A stretch of DNA of 64,000 nucleotides. Origin: Candidatus Aquidulcis sp. (GTDB lineage Bacteria > Chloroflexota > Anaerolineae > UBA4142). The position numbers were made by a program, and so were the translations under genes. Of the stretch, positions 63,119 through 64,000 are shown piece by piece. Location of the stretch: contig DYJA01000027.1 in assembly GCA_020723345.1 (NCBI GenBank), positions 794 through 64,793 of the forward strand, read 5' to 3'. How positions within the stretch are numbered: position 1 is the stretch's first letter; every line of letters starts with the position of its first letter. Under the pieces are notes generated by a model. It had not been told where the DNA came from. It was given only the letters and a program-made list of their open reading frames with translations, and did not search any database.

Positions 63119-63418
63119 ATGGACGATCAATTTGACACCCAAGCCCTGCTCGTGCGCGCGCAAGTCGTCGCGCAACAAATCCGCCGGAGCGAAGCATTTC
63201 CCGCGCTGATCGGCGGCATCGCCGGGGGAATTGCCGGCGCGTTGATGGCAGTAATGATCGCCGGACGCGTCGCCGCGCGCCGGGATGACGCCGCCCCGCG
63301 CAAAAAAGAATCACCCAAGTTCGCGTGGTCGCCGCGTGAAGTGGTCCAACTCGCGACGGTGGTTGCATCGCTGGCAAAACAAATCCAAGCGTGGTCAAAA
63401 GAACGCAGCCATAGTTAG
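63119..63418 (+). CDS. Small membrane protein of unknown function.
   Basis: The ATG at 63119 follows GAGGAG. One Gly-rich TM segment is present (LIGGIAGGIAGALMAVMIAG). A canonical terminator follows. Confidence 0.5.
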   Translation: MDDQFDTQALLVRAQVVAQQIRRSEAFPALIGGIAGGIAGALMAVMIAGRVAARRDDAAPRKKESPKFAWSPREVVQLATVVASLAKQIQAWSKERSHS

Positions 63419-63426
63419 CGCGGCGC

Positions 63427-63458
63427 GTCCGCCAAAGTACTTGGCGGGACTGTTTTTT
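63427..63458 (+). terminator. Rho-independent terminator.
   Basis: The stem gtccgcc / ggcgggac has a 9-nt loop and is followed by tgtttttt. Confidence 0.7.
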
Positions 63459-63707
63459 ATCGCTCTGGAATCGTTGACTATTCCTGTCAATTGTGCTATA
63501 GTTGAGCCGTTCGCAATCCCCGCAAGTAATGATCGTGTTCCAAACTCCAACATTCAGGTGATCCATCCGACTCATTGTCACACGTTGCAAAGCAAGGCGA
63601 TGTGTTTGAAACACGATGATGTGTCGCGACAGAGGAGGTGGTACACAACGCCAATCTAACCATTTATCGTCTATTCTCAGACACCTAAATCTCAGGAGGA
63701 GATGAAG

Positions 63708-64000
63708 ATGAAAAAGTTTATCGTTTTGGCGGTGGTCGTCCTCGCATTGGCGATCATCGCGACGGCATGCGCGCAGCCCGAACCGACCAAACCCGCGGCT
63801 CCCGCCGGCGTCAAGGTTCTGCGCCTCGCGCGTGCGACGTACCCGGATGTGCTCGATCCGCAAAAGTCGTCCTACGGGATCGAGATCGAAATGCTCAAAC
63901 TGTGCTACGAAGGTTTGACCGCGATCGACAACAAGGGCAACATCGGACCCGGCGCGGCGGACAAGTACACCTTGGCGCCCGACGGCAAGAGCATGGTCTT
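63708..64000 (+). CDS. ABC transporter substrate-binding lipoprotein, family 5 (peptide/nickel type). Only the N-terminal part is in the window.
   Basis: An AGGAGGA RBS lies at 63694-63700. MKKFIVLAVVVLALAIIATAC is a lipoprotein signal, and ...LRLARATYPDVLDPQKSSY... matches the family 5 N-terminal pattern. Confidence 0.7.
   Translation, partial: MKKFIVLAVVVLALAIIATACAQPEPTKPAAPAGVKVLRLARATYPDVLDPQKSSYGIEIEMLKLCYEGLTAIDNKGNIGPGAADKYTLAPDGKSMV

Noticed and set aside
62907-63863. A 318-aa minus-strand ORF spanning the right-end small genes and the intergenic region.
   Set aside because: It is Arg-rich and has no motifs. It overlaps plus-strand ORFs that have RBSs, and it crosses a canonical plus-strand terminator.
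1-64000. tRNA, rRNA, tmRNA and riboswitch genes.
   Set aside because: Visual scanning of both strands found no T-loop or anticodon-arm patterns, no rRNA-like stretches and no recognisable riboswitch cores. A covariance-model scan would be needed to exclude them.

Overview
GC-rich bacterial window with no rRNA, tRNA, CRISPR array, integrase or transposase that I could find. The taxon cannot be fixed from sequence alone; the gene content suggests an anaerobic acetogen-like organism.

About 55 kb is one minus-strand Wood-Ljungdahl (WL) supercluster. Reading along the minus strand (high to low coordinates):
- fhs (54858-56732)
- cooS/acsA (50498-52507), a ferredoxin, acsB (47043-49331), acsD, acsC, the RACo gene acsV, and acsE (37207-38133)
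- malic enzyme, a TrxR-like flavoprotein and folD (33702-34589)
- an Rrf2 regulator followed by three tandem hdrA-mvhD modules (27641-6214), then metV, metF and fused hdrCB (2942-4330)
- at the 5' edge, a class I fumarase/tartrate-dehydratase alpha and beta pair split by a tartrate-dehydrogenase-family gene

Two of the hdrA genes are giant, about 1550 aa, and are HdrA + GltD/NfnB-like + second-HdrA fusions. A block of two sensor kinases and two response regulators sits between the hdrA modules.

The plus-strand right end (56986-64000) carries a MetE-like protein, a PdtaS/PdtaR-like kinase plus ANTAR regulator, a NACHT-like/HEAT STAND ATPase and a family-5 substrate-binding lipoprotein.

Main second-look items:
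1. Two mvhD paralogs contain an in-frame TGA at a conserved Cys position with a SECIS-like hairpin downstream. The ORF track truncates both.
2. Almost every intergenic spacer holds an imperfect hairpin built from tandem 7-11 nt 'words'. The same word hairpins sit in frame inside the hdrA paralogs at orthologous positions.
3. Plus-strand toxin-antitoxin (TA) cassettes and a low-GC nuclease-like orphan are wedged between hdrA and mvhD, next to an mvhD 5' remnant.
4. A 5.2 kb insert is flanked by a perfect 258-bp duplication of the folD 3' end. It carries a giant Kelch/HEXXH secreted protein with a 936-bp tandem duplication and a G7-tract frameshift.
5. Palindromic MITE-like elements are inserted in frame in coding sequences.
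6. acsV lacks a canonical start codon ahead of its 2Fe-2S domain.
7. A His-variant HMA-like protein lies next to CODH, and no cooC/acsF is present in the window.

All functional calls come from reading the translated ORFs and motifs by eye. No database search was run.
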